Notes: a model not told the origin generated them from the letters alone. Shown: positions 23,899-37,306, counted from the first letter of the stretch. The stretch: DNA of 64,000 nt from Azolla caroliniana (GCA_043228905.1 JBHGNT010000014.1:10726001-10790000), one strand, 5' to 3'. Translations and numbers: made by a program.

Positions 23899-26800
23899 TG
23901 TTGAGAATCGAACTCAACTTCCCATAGAGACAGTGTTCACACTAGCCAGTGGACATCATACTAGGCTAGATTTGTAATTAGTAGCAAGGGCGCTTGCCCT
24001 AGATCAGTTGGTATTTAAACCAACCCTTTGTAACTTAGTTACTGTTGGATGTAATATACAGTTTCTTTCTCTCTCATTCTCTCTTGTCTCATGTGCACAT
24101 ACTCAGTCCTTCCGATGCACAAACCACCCTCAATTCTTTACATGTTATCAGAGCGCGTGGTAGCTTGATCCAAACCCATCACCTTCACGTCTGTCGTGCT
24201 CAAGCTCGCAGACCAACTTATCATTGTAGCAACGAGTTTTGCATAGCTCACATCAAGAGTAGAAGAAGGTCGACAATGAACACCCAAATGGGAAGCGTTC
24301 TCCCCACCAAGAAGCTCAATAGAACAAACTTCGCATCTTGGGAGTACAAGATGCATCAGTACCTTGTCGGACAAGGTTACTGGAGCTACATTGAGGAAGC
24401 TCACGAAACGCAACCCAACTCGACACACGTCGACTACCTACCGTGGGAGCAGGTCGTGAGCCGTGTGTTGTACTTCCTTGTGTCATGCATTCATGACCAC
24501 ATGCTCAGCTATATTCGAGATTCGAAAACATCGAAAGAAGCTTGGGGAAATCTCAAGAAGATTTTTACGGCCAATAAGGCTACACGAAAGCTCTAACTTT
24601 GACAAGAGCTAAACAACATGCAACAGAGGGACATGTCGATCACCGACTATACCTTGAAGATCAAGGAACTATGTAATGCCCTCGGTTCGATTAATGTCGT
24701 AATCTACGATGAAGAAATGGTGCAAATATGCCTCGGTAGCTTGGCACCTCGATTCGGCATGATCAGATTGGCCATTCTTGTGAGGGAGAACCCTCCCTTC
24801 TTTTTCGACCTTCAATTGATTCTGTTGGTCGAAGGAACAATGCGCCTGATGATCAGATGCTCTACTCACAGTCGGACGATAAAAGAGGATTCGGTCGTGG
24901 AAACAGAAGTCGGTTGGGACGAGGCCGACACGGTCAGCCGACCATAGAGCGTAACTTCCACCAATGGCAAGAGGACAGAAAAAGTCTCAAAGAGTTCGGC
25001 AGAAGGGGGAGCCACCCTACCAGACTGAGCAATCGTAACAACCCAATCGAATGCGGGTACTGTAGAAAACATGGACACTATGAAGAGGAGTACCAGAAAA
25101 AGATACGAAACTCTACGTCGACTAGCCAACAACTCAGAAACTACGCTTCGAATTCCGACTATGACGATCGTGGCGGGATGTTCGTAATGAGGCATGAAGC
25201 ACACTCAATGTCGGCACAGGCCCCGACTAGCACCTCTTCTTCAGATAACACATGGTTTGTCGACTCAGGAACATCCAATCACATGACGTCCCGTGAAGAC
25301 TGGTTCCAAGAATTACGGAAGCCTGATCGACCCGGCTATGTCGAAACTGGAGATGATACGACTCACCCAATTCGGCATGTCAGGAATGTTCAATTCGGAA
25401 ATGATGGCAAACAAGCCTACCTTAAGAACGTCTTGCATGTCCCAACCATCACAAAAAACCTGGTCTCGGTCGGCCAGATTGTCGAATAAGGTATGCAAGT
25501 ATGATTCAATAATGAAGGGTGCTTCATCAAAAAGGACGATCAAATTATAGCGCACGGTCACTGAGAAGGCCGAATGTTCATCCTCGAATCAAAGGAGGTG
25601 AATCGACTATGTTCGCAAAAGGCCTCAAAGTCGAAACAGACTTGAAACTGTGGCACAAGAGAATCGACCACATCAATCTTTAAAAGCTCCAGAACATGCA
25701 GTCAAAAGGAGTCGTAATTGGACTCCCGACATTTACTGAGAAGGAGATTACGGGCGTATGCGATGCATGCCAGTTCAGAAAACAACGCCGACATCCATTC
25801 CCGAAAGAGAGGAATGTGAGCAAAGGGATCCTGGATGTAGTACATTCAGATGTGTGGGGAACAGCCTCGATGACAACATTTAGTGGTTGCCGATATTATG
25901 TCATGTTCATCAACGACTTCTCTTGGCATACCTGGCGTTACCCGATGAAACAGAAGAGAGAAGTATTTAGCCACTTCCAAAGGTTCAAAAACGAAATCGA
26001 AAAAGCCACGGGTCGGCATGTACACTACCTTCAATCAGATGGAGGTAAAGAATATTTCTCGGATGAGTTTATGGCATATCTCCAAAAGGAAGGAATATGA
26101 CGAGAATTCTCGTGTCGACATACACCTCAGCAAAATGGTGTAGCCAAACGAAAGAATCGGCACATCGTAGAGGTTGCACGTGCAATGATGAATGAGAAGA
26201 ACTTGCTAAAATCGTACTGGGCAGAAGCGGCGAACACGGGTGTATATATCATGAACAAGTGTACAACCTCTAGGGTACACGAAGTAACCCCGCATGAGAG
26301 GTTTTTGGAAAGAAGCTGGATTTATCACATGTTTGGATTTTTGGCTCAATCGCCTACGTGCATATTCCTGACGAAACACGACAAAAGTTCGACCTGAAGT
26401 TGGAGAAATGTATCCTTGTAGGGTACTCGCTTGAACAGAAGGGGTACAAATGCTACAACCCATCTACCCGAAAAGATCGAGTAAGTCGAGACGTTGTTTT
26501 CGACGAGTTGGCATCTTGGTACGATACGGAGACGACTCCGATTTCTACTCCAATCGACCCGGAATTGGCCAAATGAGAACGAGAAGCTACGCCGGTCCAC
26601 TCGTGAAAAGAACCTCATAAGCCGATTCGGCTACAATGAGTACATGGCATATCATTATGCCTTAATGATGAAGGTAGCGACTGCACGGGAGCCGGAAACA
26701 TTTTCCGAAGCCGTGAAGGACCCCCGATGGGTCGATGTGATGAACAAAGAAATGCAGGCCTTCCCTATTCACCTCACAGGAAAGCGATTGGTTGCAGATG

Positions 26801-28716
26801 GATCTATAAGGAAAAATACAATGCCGATGGCTCTGTAAATCGTTTCAAAGCACGACTCGTCGCAAAAGGATATACACAAATGCACGGAGTCGATTACGAG
26901 GAGACCTTGGCCCCGGTGGCAAAGATGACAACTGTGCAGACCGTAATTGCACTCTTAGCCGCGAAAGGGTGGCATCTCCACCAAATGGATGTCAAGAACA
27001 CCTTTCTTCAAGGCGAATTGGAAGAGGAGGTGTAAATGGTACAACCACCCGGCTTCGAATCCCGTACTCATCCGAAAGCCATGTGCCAACTCAAGAAGCC
27101 AATCTATGGCCTCAAGCAAGCATCGGGTGCTTGGCATTGGAGGATCACCCAGTATCTTCACCAAATTGTCTTTCGAATGTCGAAATTGGACAACTCCCTG
27201 TACATCTGAAATGAGTCACAAAACCCGATTGTCATTATCCTATACGTCGATGATCTAGTGATCGGAGGAAAGGATCTCCCCGAGATCATTAAGGTCAAAT
27301 CACTCCTATTCGGTAGACTCGAAATGAAAGATCTACACGAGCTTCAATACTTTCTTGGCATCAAAGTAATTTGAACACCAGTCGGGATATTGATCTCTCA
27401 ACGGCACTACATTCGCAACTTACTCTACAAGTTCGGAATGATCGAGTGCAAAACCTATGTCTACCCCTCTCGATCAAAATCTCAATCTCGGTGTCGATTC
27501 GGGCACACCCGAGTGCAATCTGACTCATCATTGACAAGTGATCGGAAGCCTAATTTATCTAACCATCACACGACCTGACCTCAGCTATTCAGTCGGCCTA
27601 CTCAACCAATTCATGTAGAACCCACGAAATGATCATCTCGATCGCGCTAAGAGGATACTTCGGTATGTTAGTACGACGATGGATTACAGCATCATGTTGA
27701 AGTAAAAAACGTTTATTCAACTCAAAGGGCACACAGACGCAGACTGGGCCGGTTATAAGGCCGATAGATGATCCACTACCGGATTCGTCTTCTCACTCGT
27801 CAATGGAGCGATCTCCTGGAGCAGCAAGAAATCGTCGATAGTCGCACTATCGAGCACGAAGGCCAAATACAGGGGTGTGGCAGTCGCCGAATGCGAAGCT
27901 GTCTGGCTCAAATGCATCTTGAAGGACTTGGGCGTTCTCATTACGAATCCAATTCACCTCTTCTACGACAACATGAGCAGCATCTACCTCACTCGGAACC
28001 CCGTATTCCACGCGCGGACTGAACATATCGAAGTGCACTACCACTTCATTCACGAAGCACGTTTAGACCGGTGAAATCGATCTCCAACACATCAGTACGA
28101 ACCTTCAAATTTTTAACATCTTTACGAAGGCCTTAGGAGTCAACAAACCCGGGCAATTCACATCGGACCTTGGTCTCACAATCTCTACATTGCCAAACTT
28201 GAGGGGGAGTACAACAAGTGACACGGAAGCAGCCAAGAAGCTGAAGTAACTGATCGATCAATCGAAACCAGCTAGAGGAGTTGAAGTACAAACAAACAAT
28301 CGAACAGTCGAACACGGAGAATCGAACAATCGAAATCGGTTCTGTCAAAAGGAAAAAGCGAAGTCAAAACCAAAACTGGAACCGAAATTGAAAGCGATGT
28401 CGAAGCCGATTCAACCGAATCGAAGTATTTAAAAGTCCAAACCAAAACAACCTTTTGACATCCGAAAGTTGTGTTGAGAATCAAACTCAACTTCCCATAG
28501 AGACAATGTTTACACTGGCCAATGGACATCATACTGGGCTAGATTTGTAATTAGTAGAAAGGGCACTTGCCCTAGAACAGTTGGTATTTAAACCAACCCT
28601 TTATAACTTAGTTGTTGTTGGATGTAATATACATTTTCTTTCTCTCTCATTCTCTCTTGTCTCACGTGCACATACACAATCCTTCCGATGCACAAAATCA
28701 CCCTCTATTCTTTACA
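23899..28716 (+). mobile_element. Ty1/Copia element C (same lineage as A), degenerate, near full length
   Basis: LTRs 23899-24142 and 28472-28716. PBS tgttatcagagc at 24143-24154. gag, [28 protein letters not shown] and HTDADW motifs. Flanks GAATG/CTATG only partly match. Confidence 0.9.
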
Positions 28717-28765
28717 CTATGGAATCGAAGACTAGAACAAGAATGTGGGGACTGAATTCTCAACA

Positions 28766-29673
28766 ATCGGGAGGCTCGAAAGGAGCGCAAGTGCCTTGAT
28801 TTTTTCTCTAAAATTCAAGCCTTGTGAGGAGAGTTCAGTCAGCACTCGGATCAAGGTTTTGACATGGGAGGTAGCTGGTTTTGTCTCCCTCATCTTTATG
28901 TTAAAAAAATTACCGAATCAAGATGAGTTTGGAGGAGCTCGACTTCTTTTTGTATATCGATTGAAGTTTCTCCCATAGGGTGAATAGCATTGTTTCCTTG
29001 GCCATACTGAAGTAGACATTTTTGGCCAGATGCATTCTCATGGTTGACCTCGCAATTTCATCGAGTGATCCATTCTGCTACTGACATCTCTATCGACTTC
29101 CTGTTGTGCCGAATCACCTCTATTTGACATCGGATGATCAACACATATTGCATCATTTCCTTCCAGAGGGCAAATGTTTTGCCATCGAACTTCTTGATGT
29201 TGCAACCGATCCAGGATGTCGAAGTCATTGTTCTTGTGGAAGTGAGTACCTAACCTGGTTCCTTCCTTCAGTTGATTTTCCTTTTCCTTGTGTTGATGTT
29301 GCTCAACTCCAAGATTGCTTTGATACCAGTTGATGGCAATATGTGTATTGTCTTAGTCGACTATTGTGTGAGGTTAATCAACTTATGTGGAAGTGTATGA
29401 GGATCTTGTTGTTAGTAGGAACAAGCAAGCATGAATCAATAGAGAGATAGAATGGTGTACTATTCAATAAAGAAGATATGCATAGAGAGATAAAGAGAGA
29501 GAGATAGACAGTTTCACGATTATGGCTCAAGGAGATTGTTACATTACTAATCCCACTAACCTACTTTACAAGATACAGTTCCTCATATTTATAGTTAGGG
29601 TAACAAATCCCTAACATTGAGGACATGTTCACACTGAGAGTAGAATGGGTAGAGTGAGACTTTTAGCCCAACA
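28766..29673 (-). mobile_element. 5' end of a minus-strand Copia (LTR 29331-29673, PBS, gag fragment)
   Basis: gctttgatacca at 29317-29328; LTR with TG..CA termini. The minus strand encodes EIARSTMRMHLAKNVYFSMAKE, the same family as the gag at 55161. Confidence 0.75.
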
Positions 29674-30431
29674 AGCGTGTCATTTGCAGAGAGGTAGACT
29701 TATGCTTTATTCAGACTGACTAGCAAGTGGCTGACATTTTCACTAAGGCCCTTGGTCTGGACAAGCTGTGGCAAATTTCGGAGATGTTAGGACTTGGCAT
29801 CTCGATGTGCCTTGCTTGAGGGGGAGGGCCGTAAAAGAGAGGTCAAATGGGCACAAAAGGCCGAAAGGGCTAGCTGAAAAGTTGAAAAGTCGACAAGGGC
29901 TGAAAGCTGGCCAAAGCCGAAAAGCCAAAATAGTTGAAGGACGGACAGAAAAAGGAAGGGCAAGTTGAAGGGATGAATCAGTAATGGCGAAGGAGTCGAA
30001 ACAGACAAAGGCCGAAAGGGCCAAAAAGGACAAGCAAAAGTAAGGGCCGAAAGGCCATAGCCGACGTCATACTTGAGCTTGAGGGGGGAGTGTTGAGATG
30101 TCAAGCTCAACTAGGCCGACTTTAGTTAGTATAGAAGGAATCTAATTAAGTTAGATTTCAATGCTCACGAATGAACTGGTTGTACTTGTGTGCGCCCACT
30201 CCTTTATGAGAGAAATAAAAGGGCTTTGTATAAAAGATGCTCTGAGAGCACAATTTTAGTGTCGACCATTTTGTTAATGAAAGATAGTGTCTTCTGTGTG
30301 GTGCATACTCTATGTAATCTCCATCTCTATTTTCTATCTCTATGTTTTCTATCTCTGATATATATCATTCTATTCGTTCTATTTGGCCAAGCTGATTGTG
30401 TGTCAACTTCCGCAATTTTTCTAGCCTTTAA
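29674..30431 (+). mobile_element. 3' end of a Copia A-lineage element (RNase H end, basic tail, PPT, LTR from 30091)
   Basis: QVADIFTKALG...LRGR; gaggggggag PPT followed by TGTTGAG at 30091. The right LTR end is approximate. Confidence 0.75.
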
Positions 30432-31082
30432 TGTCTTCTAGTAAACCCATCCAATATCATTTTTTATTCGGGTTATTCATTTTGGCATTCAGGAGGTAAA
30501 ATTTTGAGGATCTTAAATCTTCTTTTCCATCTTCTCACTCCTTTTTCTACTTGAGAGATTTAGGGTTTGGTGGGGTGAGAGTGAAAGAGTGGAAGTTAGA
30601 CCACCACCTCTTCTCCTCCACCCCCCTTCCTACTTCAATTATATGGGGTCTTTTTCACCACCAACCCGTTGGACATGTTCATAGCTTTGGGGCAGCAAGT
30701 TTGGTTTGTTGGATCTTCAATCGACACTACTTCAACACTACAATTGGTCCTCAACGACGCCAACTTGATGACACTACTTCAATACAAGACGTCGTTGAGG
30801 CCTCGATAGCACTGGTTAACTTGGATCCACACCATAACTCGGTTAGTCTCATCTGGAGCTTTTAATGGTTGATTGTAAAAACCAACAAAATCTTGGTGAT
30901 ATTTTTTTTTTTTCCAAAACAAAATATCCTTCTATTAGTTTTCAGAAAAACCTATCAAGTACAAACTACAAAAGAGATGAAAAAGAAGAGGAAAAAGGAA
31001 TATCCCAATGACTAGCCATGGAGGTATGACTATCCAGGTTTTAATATCCTTCTATTCTCTTCAATCCCAAGTTGCTTTTATT

Positions 31083-31440
31083 TCAGTCACTGAAAATAGA
31101 AATTTTTGGGTTACATTGACTATTACATTTACTGAAATGTGTGAGAATGACTCGATACACTCTAGAAGATTGTGCAACTTGTAGTGCTTCTTTTGTCGTA
31201 CAATGATTATTCATGATCGCCCCACCATGTATGCTATCATCAAAAGTTGCATCATGTATTAAAACCGTAGGTCCAATCAAAGCTTCAACCATTGCTTCAC
31301 AACGTCTTGTATCTCCTGAGTAAACAAGCATCCAACCTGGTTCTACATTCCCTCCATTCTCTTGAAACTACCCCGTATGCATGAAGACAATGAACCACGT
31401 GTATGCTCAAACAACTTCGGAGACCCATAGCATGCAGAAC
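31083..31440 (-). pseudogene. TRZ: tRNase Z (long form, ELAC2-like) C-terminal fragment, no introns visible
   Basis: VVHCLHAYGVV...GWMLVYSGDTRRC...LIHDATF...NHCTT.EA...ILTHFS. The HEAT, HST and HFSQRY motifs are decayed and there is a frameshift. Confidence 0.8.
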
Positions 31441-31659
31441 ATTCTTCAAATTACGTCATTTTGCCACATCCACTCCTTGTTGGAAATGAAAACCTTGATC
31501 CTTCCTATTAGCATTACTTTCACGAACATCCTGAGGTTCACCCATTTCTTTCCAGCAGCAATATATTCTCAAACTGTGCTCAGGCTTCAATTATTGCTCC
31601 GCATTTACACTACTTATCTCCGCTGAGCCATGCTCACCATATCTTGTAATAGATGCATT

Positions 31660-31900
31660 TCACAAGAGAACATGTTTGTTTGCAAGAATATCAATTACAT
31701 CTCGAACTGAAATATCATCGACTGTTTTTTGTGTTTTTTCAAGATTGCCACATATAGCATATATGTCCAACAAAGCATTCCCAAGCTCAATATTATCTTC
31801 TAACAACCTCTTACTCATAATTTCAATGTGATTTTCTATGCATGTCAATCACTCTTTCACAACCACCTTGGCAAACTTCTCAAGGCCAAAATCACTGCAT
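31660..31900 (-). pseudogene. PLS-class PPR gene fragment
   Basis: HIEI...LGNALLDIYAICGNLEK...DDISVRDVI matches the GNALxDMYAKCG...RDVV PPR motif; only about 1.5 repeats. Confidence 0.7.
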
Positions 31901-32690
31901 CCCACATCCTTGTATCTCGAAATCAAAGTTGAAAATATTTCTTGTGCCTCACCAAATAAACCACAAAAAATCATGGTGATATTTGGTGAAACCCATTTTG
32001 TAAAAGGGATTTCTCTCGTCTAAATCATGTATTAGGAACTTAATCTTGTGTTGGTGGTTTTCAACAAGTGTGTTTAGTTTTAATCTTGTGGTAAACCCTT
32101 CACCTATCATTGTTTACATATCATTGTTGGGCAACATGTTAATACTCTAACGTGGTTGTAACACTCATTCATCTTTGTTAACACTCTTTGCATTTTCTCT
32201 TTATTTCCCGTCATCTGTTCTTATTCTCTTCATTCAATCTGATCTTTTTCTCAACTGCGGCCCCAACGGGTGGCAGCTCCTCAAGAAACAAATGCTTCAA
32301 AATCATTGATTATTCTCTTTCTTTGATGTGATCTTGTTATTGACAACGACCTGTGCAGATGGCAGCTCCTCCTCAGGAAACACATCTTAGAAATCATGGA
32401 CAATGGAGTGAAGTGATCATTGGCCATGAAAATGTGATTGATATCATCACATCAAGCGTAAACGCAATAAAATATCGAATTGTTGTCGTCGGATCAATCA
32501 ATGACTATAGTAGTAGGAAAGGAAAGGAAAGGAAAGCAGAGAGAAGAATGATATATGTATGTACATACTCAAAATTCAAATGAAAGATAAGATGCTATCA
32601 CAAAAAGAGAGCATAGAGAGAGGGTGGGGAGTTCGAATCTCTCTCGGCGTGAATTAAAAATAAAAGGAAGAACATATACATACATACATA

Positions 32691-32949
32691 CATAGAATGA
32701 ACCATACGTATCATACTCTCATTCGCATTCGCGTTTGATTCAATAAAACGTGAATGGTAAATCAACTAAAAGTTGGATTGGTTTGACACATTTGATTGGA
32801 TTAACTATGGTCTATATTATGGGCTAAATTTGCAATGAAAACAAATGAAAAAAAGAAAAAAACAAAAGGAGCACGTATTTTTCCCCTTTCAAACGTGTAC
32901 GTTTTCAAACGTTTGAATGCCTCCACGAACACGAATATTACGTTCTATG
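32691..32949. mobile_element. hAT-type MITE
   Basis: CATAGAA...TTCTATG termini with an 8-bp TSD CATACATA (within a CATA tract). Subterminal motifs ccatacgt, tcatactc and acgtgaa are shared with the hAT end at 40782-40853. Confidence 0.6.
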
Positions 32950-33062
32950 CATACATACATAGAGAGAGAGAGAGATTGGAGAGGGTTTATCAAAAGAGTT
33001 CAAACACACACTAAAAACCCTCTGTCTGTCTGTCTGTTTTTCTGTTCTTTCCATCCCAGCGC

Positions 33063-35109
33063 ATGATGCTGCGAAGATGTCGATCGCCATGGCTTCTCCT
33101 TGCCATTCCTTCTTCTTCCTCACGTCAGAGCTCCGATCTTCAATTCCGGAATCTATACAGTGCTTCTCACTTCAGAAGAAGCTCTTCTTCTTCTTCTTCT
33201 TCTTCTTCTTCTTCGCCTTCTTACCTTCAACAACATGACGACGACGACGACTCAGGTTTCTCTCCTCCTCCTCTTCGGCCTCTCACTCTCGCAGAGCTTG
33301 GTCTTGATGATGATGATGATGATGCTTATATTGGACATGGATCCTTGCAGTCTTCTCTTCCTGCTGATCGTAGCTACTGCAATGCAGAAGAAAATGGTTG
33401 CTTCACGAGCAGATCGAAACAAGAAAGCTATAGGAAGTTCCAGCCTCAATTGAGCTATGGAAATGAAGCAGAAGAAGAAGAAAATAATGAAAGATTGAAA
33501 CAACGAAATAGGAGATTTCAATCTCCATTGGCATCAATTTCTTCTGCTCCAGAAAGAAAACCTAAGCCCGAGGAGATGAAGCAGGCAGCTTTGGATGCTG
33601 CCGGAATTCTCGCAGGCATTGCTGGAATAAAGCTGTCTTCTTCTCCATCACAAAGAACAGTTCAAAATTCTAAGATCGTGAAAATTAAGGTTAGCACACA
33701 TGAACAGAAGAATGATGATGAAGACTCAAGTAAAGAGGGAACAAAGAATATTTCTTTTACTCTCGCGAGTCAAAATGATGCAGATCATGAGGCATCATCG
33801 TTAGAGGTGCCAATAGAAGATCATGGAGAAGAAGAGAAAGCATTGGAGACATTTTCAGAAGATGATTTAGAAGAAGAAAAAGAAGGAGAAGAAGAAGAAG
33901 AAAATTCTGACAGATCATTAGGGACACTTTCAGAAGATGATGTAGAACTAGGAGAAGAAGAGGCATCATCAGATGTAGATGTATCTGGACAAGCATCAGA
34001 TATTTCTGCTACACATAAGGAGAAAATGGTTTTGGAAGAAGATTTGAATACTTCGGCTCCAAAGTTTAGTCATCCATGGCCAGAATGGATAGAATTCTTA
34101 GAAAAACTCTATGCCAAAGGATTTTTTAAAGGTACAGAAGAATTTGTTGAAGATGGAAAGCATCTATTTGATATTTATACTGCGGTAAGACATGCAGCTT
34201 GTGTATTTGCAAGAGAACGTACAGACATTTTCAGGTATCACTAGGAAAAAGGATGATAACAACCATATGTGTTTCTTTGAGTCACACAGAGATATTTTAC
34301 TTTCTTTAATCAAACAAAGAAATTACCCCTTTCTCCCACTCCATTAGGGAATCTTTACTGTCTTCATCATAACTTCTGATGACTTTATTTTTTGCAGGTC
34401 ACTGAAGCGAAAGGATTTGAGGACACTGGCCAATTGCAGCTGTCCAGATTTGGAAAGGAAGACTTCCAATGCATCGAAACGTCTCAGAGATCATTTTAAT
34501 ATCCCTGAGGGTGAGGTAAAAACAGTTTCTCTTTTTCTAAACATATTGTGCATTTCATAGGCTTTACCTTCATTCATGTGGTTTTGATAGTCCAAAGGTG
34601 AGGTTAAAGCATTTTTTTTCAATTCATATTCTTCAGTTCAGGGGGTTATAAGAACTTCCTAGCTTGATGCCCTGGAAGGTGAGATGAATTTCTTTTTAAA
34701 TTCGTATTCCACATTTCAACTGCTGTTAGGCGTCTTACCTTCAATAGCTAATTTCATATCATTTTGTTATCCTGAAAGGTTAAGTAAAAGCATTTTTATC
34801 TTTTCATGTTCTGCATCTCAGTAGTTACAAAAGCTTCTTATCTTGAGTCGTTCATTTAACTTTTAGAAGCATGTCTTTTCATAGCCTGCATGTCAGCAGC
34901 TACAAGTACATACCTTAAATAGTATCAGATCATTTTTATTTCCAATAAATGCAAGATAACTGAAAACGTTTTTCCCAGTCATATATATATATATATACAT
35001 ACATACATATACATATATATAGATACATACATATACATATATATATATACACATATATACATATACATATACATACATACATACATACATACATACATAC
35101 ATACATACA

Positions 35110-35164
<55 letters not shown>

Positions 35165-36833
35165 TCCTCATTTTATTGTCTCGGAGGGTATCTTAACTTC
35201 AATAATTTTGATTCTCTGAACTGTTCTTTCATTGGATAATGAGCTGTATTCAGGTGTGTATGAATTGCAAATTGAAGATGTCCTGCTCAAGGGCGTTTCT
35301 TACACCATCTCAGGCATTAGCAGTAACAACACTTGATGTACTTCGTGTCATTACTGGCTTTGCTACAAGTGTAGGAACATCTGTGTCTGATCTTGGAGAG
35401 AAAAACGAATGTCCTAGTGAAGTGCAAACTTCAGTTTGTCGATTGTTAAGGGAGTTTCTTACCTTATGTGAGCTTCCTAAAGGTGAGGAATCACCTGTTG
35501 AAAGCCATCTAAAGTCAAGGAAAGACAAAAAGGAGAGACAAAAAACTCTCTCTAGTTTCTCGGTTCCTGATAAACCTGGTGACTGGGTCTGCCCAAAGTA
35601 TGTATGCTACATTTGATCTTCATTTTGGCTGTTAAATATGAAAGGAGACATACTGTTTTTACAGTTGTAATGGTTATCCTGATGCTTTTGTGCTGTATGC
35701 AGTTGTGATTTTATGAACTTCAACAGGAACCGCAGGTGTAAAGAATGCCATGTTTGCCGACCACCTCAAGACCAAGAGGTTCTTCTAGGTGATTGGACAT
35801 GCTCAAAGTAAGATCAAAATAATGGAAAAATCTTGAAGTACTGGAGGTTTTCTTTACATCCCTAAATAACCCTGAGTTTTTTGTTATTCCCTCAAAGACA
35901 TTGGTCAGTCCTCGAAAGAGAGGAAAAGGGGATGAATTAGTTAAGAAATTGCACAACAATTGAGAAAAAATGGATGCATTGACCTTATAACTGCTCTTCT
36001 AGTAGCTGACCAAGGGAACCTGGAAATAATCAAAAAACTCAGGGGCACTTGGAGAAGCATAGAAAAACTTGAAGACATTTGAGAGTTTTTCCCATAAATA
36101 AGTTACATGTTAAGGCTTGTTCATTAGAATATCATCTGAGTTGGCTATTCTATCATGCAGATGCTGGTATTTGAACTTCAGCCGAAACTCTTTTTGTCGT
36201 GAGTGTAAAACTGAAAGACCAACTAAAACCAAATGGGCTGGAGGTGAAGAGATCCATGATGAGGAGGTTTTTAACAATCTTAACAATGAAAAGAAACCAA
36301 GCTCTGGCGAGTTTTCCATTGGCTACCAACAACAAAAACTTCAAAGTTCTAGAGTAAAAACAAATGACTGTGAGGCTGATGATAGAACCGTTACTAAAGG
36401 AAAGGACAAAAATATGAAGAATGGAAAGTCATTTGATAAACTTGAGGCTAATGAGCCAAGAGGCATTGCCAGGAAAATGGACAAAAACAGAGACAGAAGT
36501 ACTAGGAGGGAAAAACAATTTGAGAAACATGCAGAAAAAGATTACGAAGCTTCAGAGGAAGATGAAGGGTTGTTTAATGAGTCTTTATGTTCATCAATAA
36601 CACATAACTCTGAGTGTGAGATCAATCTCATAGATGAGGAAAATCGAGCCCTAATGCATGGATCAAAAAGGATTCCAAGGAAGAAGGTTCCGCAGGTTTT
36701 ATTTAATTGGAGTGATGATGATGATGATGAAGAAAAGAGCTCAAGGGCACTATCTAAGAAAGTGAAGCCATCAAAGTCAAAAGGCAAAGCTATCAAAGTG
36801 AAGCCATCAAAGCACAAAAATGTCAAGTACTAA
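33063..36833 (+). CDS. Organelle zinc-finger (OZ/VAR3-like) RanBP2-type zinc-finger protein, 5 exons, about 803 aa
   Basis: Exons 33063-34234, 34398-34515, 35254-35597, 35703-35807 and 36161-36833 are all GT-AG and phase-consistent (2412 nt). Motifs: [21 protein letters not shown]...[18 protein letters not shown]. Two RanBP2 fingers: [22 protein letters not shown] and [24 protein letters not shown]-rich N-terminus resembles a transit peptide. Confidence 0.9.
34981..35164. repeat. Compound (TA)n/(TACA)n microsatellite in intron 2
   Basis: Directly visible. Confidence 0.95.
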
Positions 36834-37206
36834 AGGTTATGGTTCCAACATCCATGTGTATTGATAAACCAGGTTTACATGATGAGATGAGAAATCCATG
36901 CATTGGGTTTGACCTCCAATTCTACTACCATACTTAGCTATTGAGTGGATTTCATGATAACAAATTAACATGAGTTGTCCTTAACCATGCTGGGTTTCTC
37001 CATGAAAAGTAAAGCAAATTGAAGCAATTGATTTTCAGCAACACAAATGCATTATCAACATGTCATCATTTTGATTCGTAATTGCATTAGCTGAATTATG
37101 TAGGGCAGTAGGATGGTTTGATGATCAGTCCTTATAATGTAAACCTTTTCTTGAGGTTGGAGAAGTTGATTTCACATCCATTTGGCCCTGTCTTATTCGT
37201 CATCAT

Positions 37207-37306
37207 NNNNNNNNNNNNNNNNNNNNNNNNNNNNNNNNNNNNNNNNNNNNNNNNNNNNNNNNNNNNNNNNNNNNNNNNNNNNNNNNNNNNNNNNNNNNNN
37301 NNNNNN
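37207..37306. other. Assembly gap (100 N)
   Basis: Run of exactly 100 N, a typical placeholder for an unknown-size scaffold join. Confidence 0.99.

Noticed and set aside
30749-30800. 11-bp inverted repeat cctcaacgacg/cgtcgttgagg
   Set aside because: Short and isolated, with no supporting context.
34893-35171. YVCM/IYIY repeat ORFs
   Set aside because: Translations of the intronic microsatellite.
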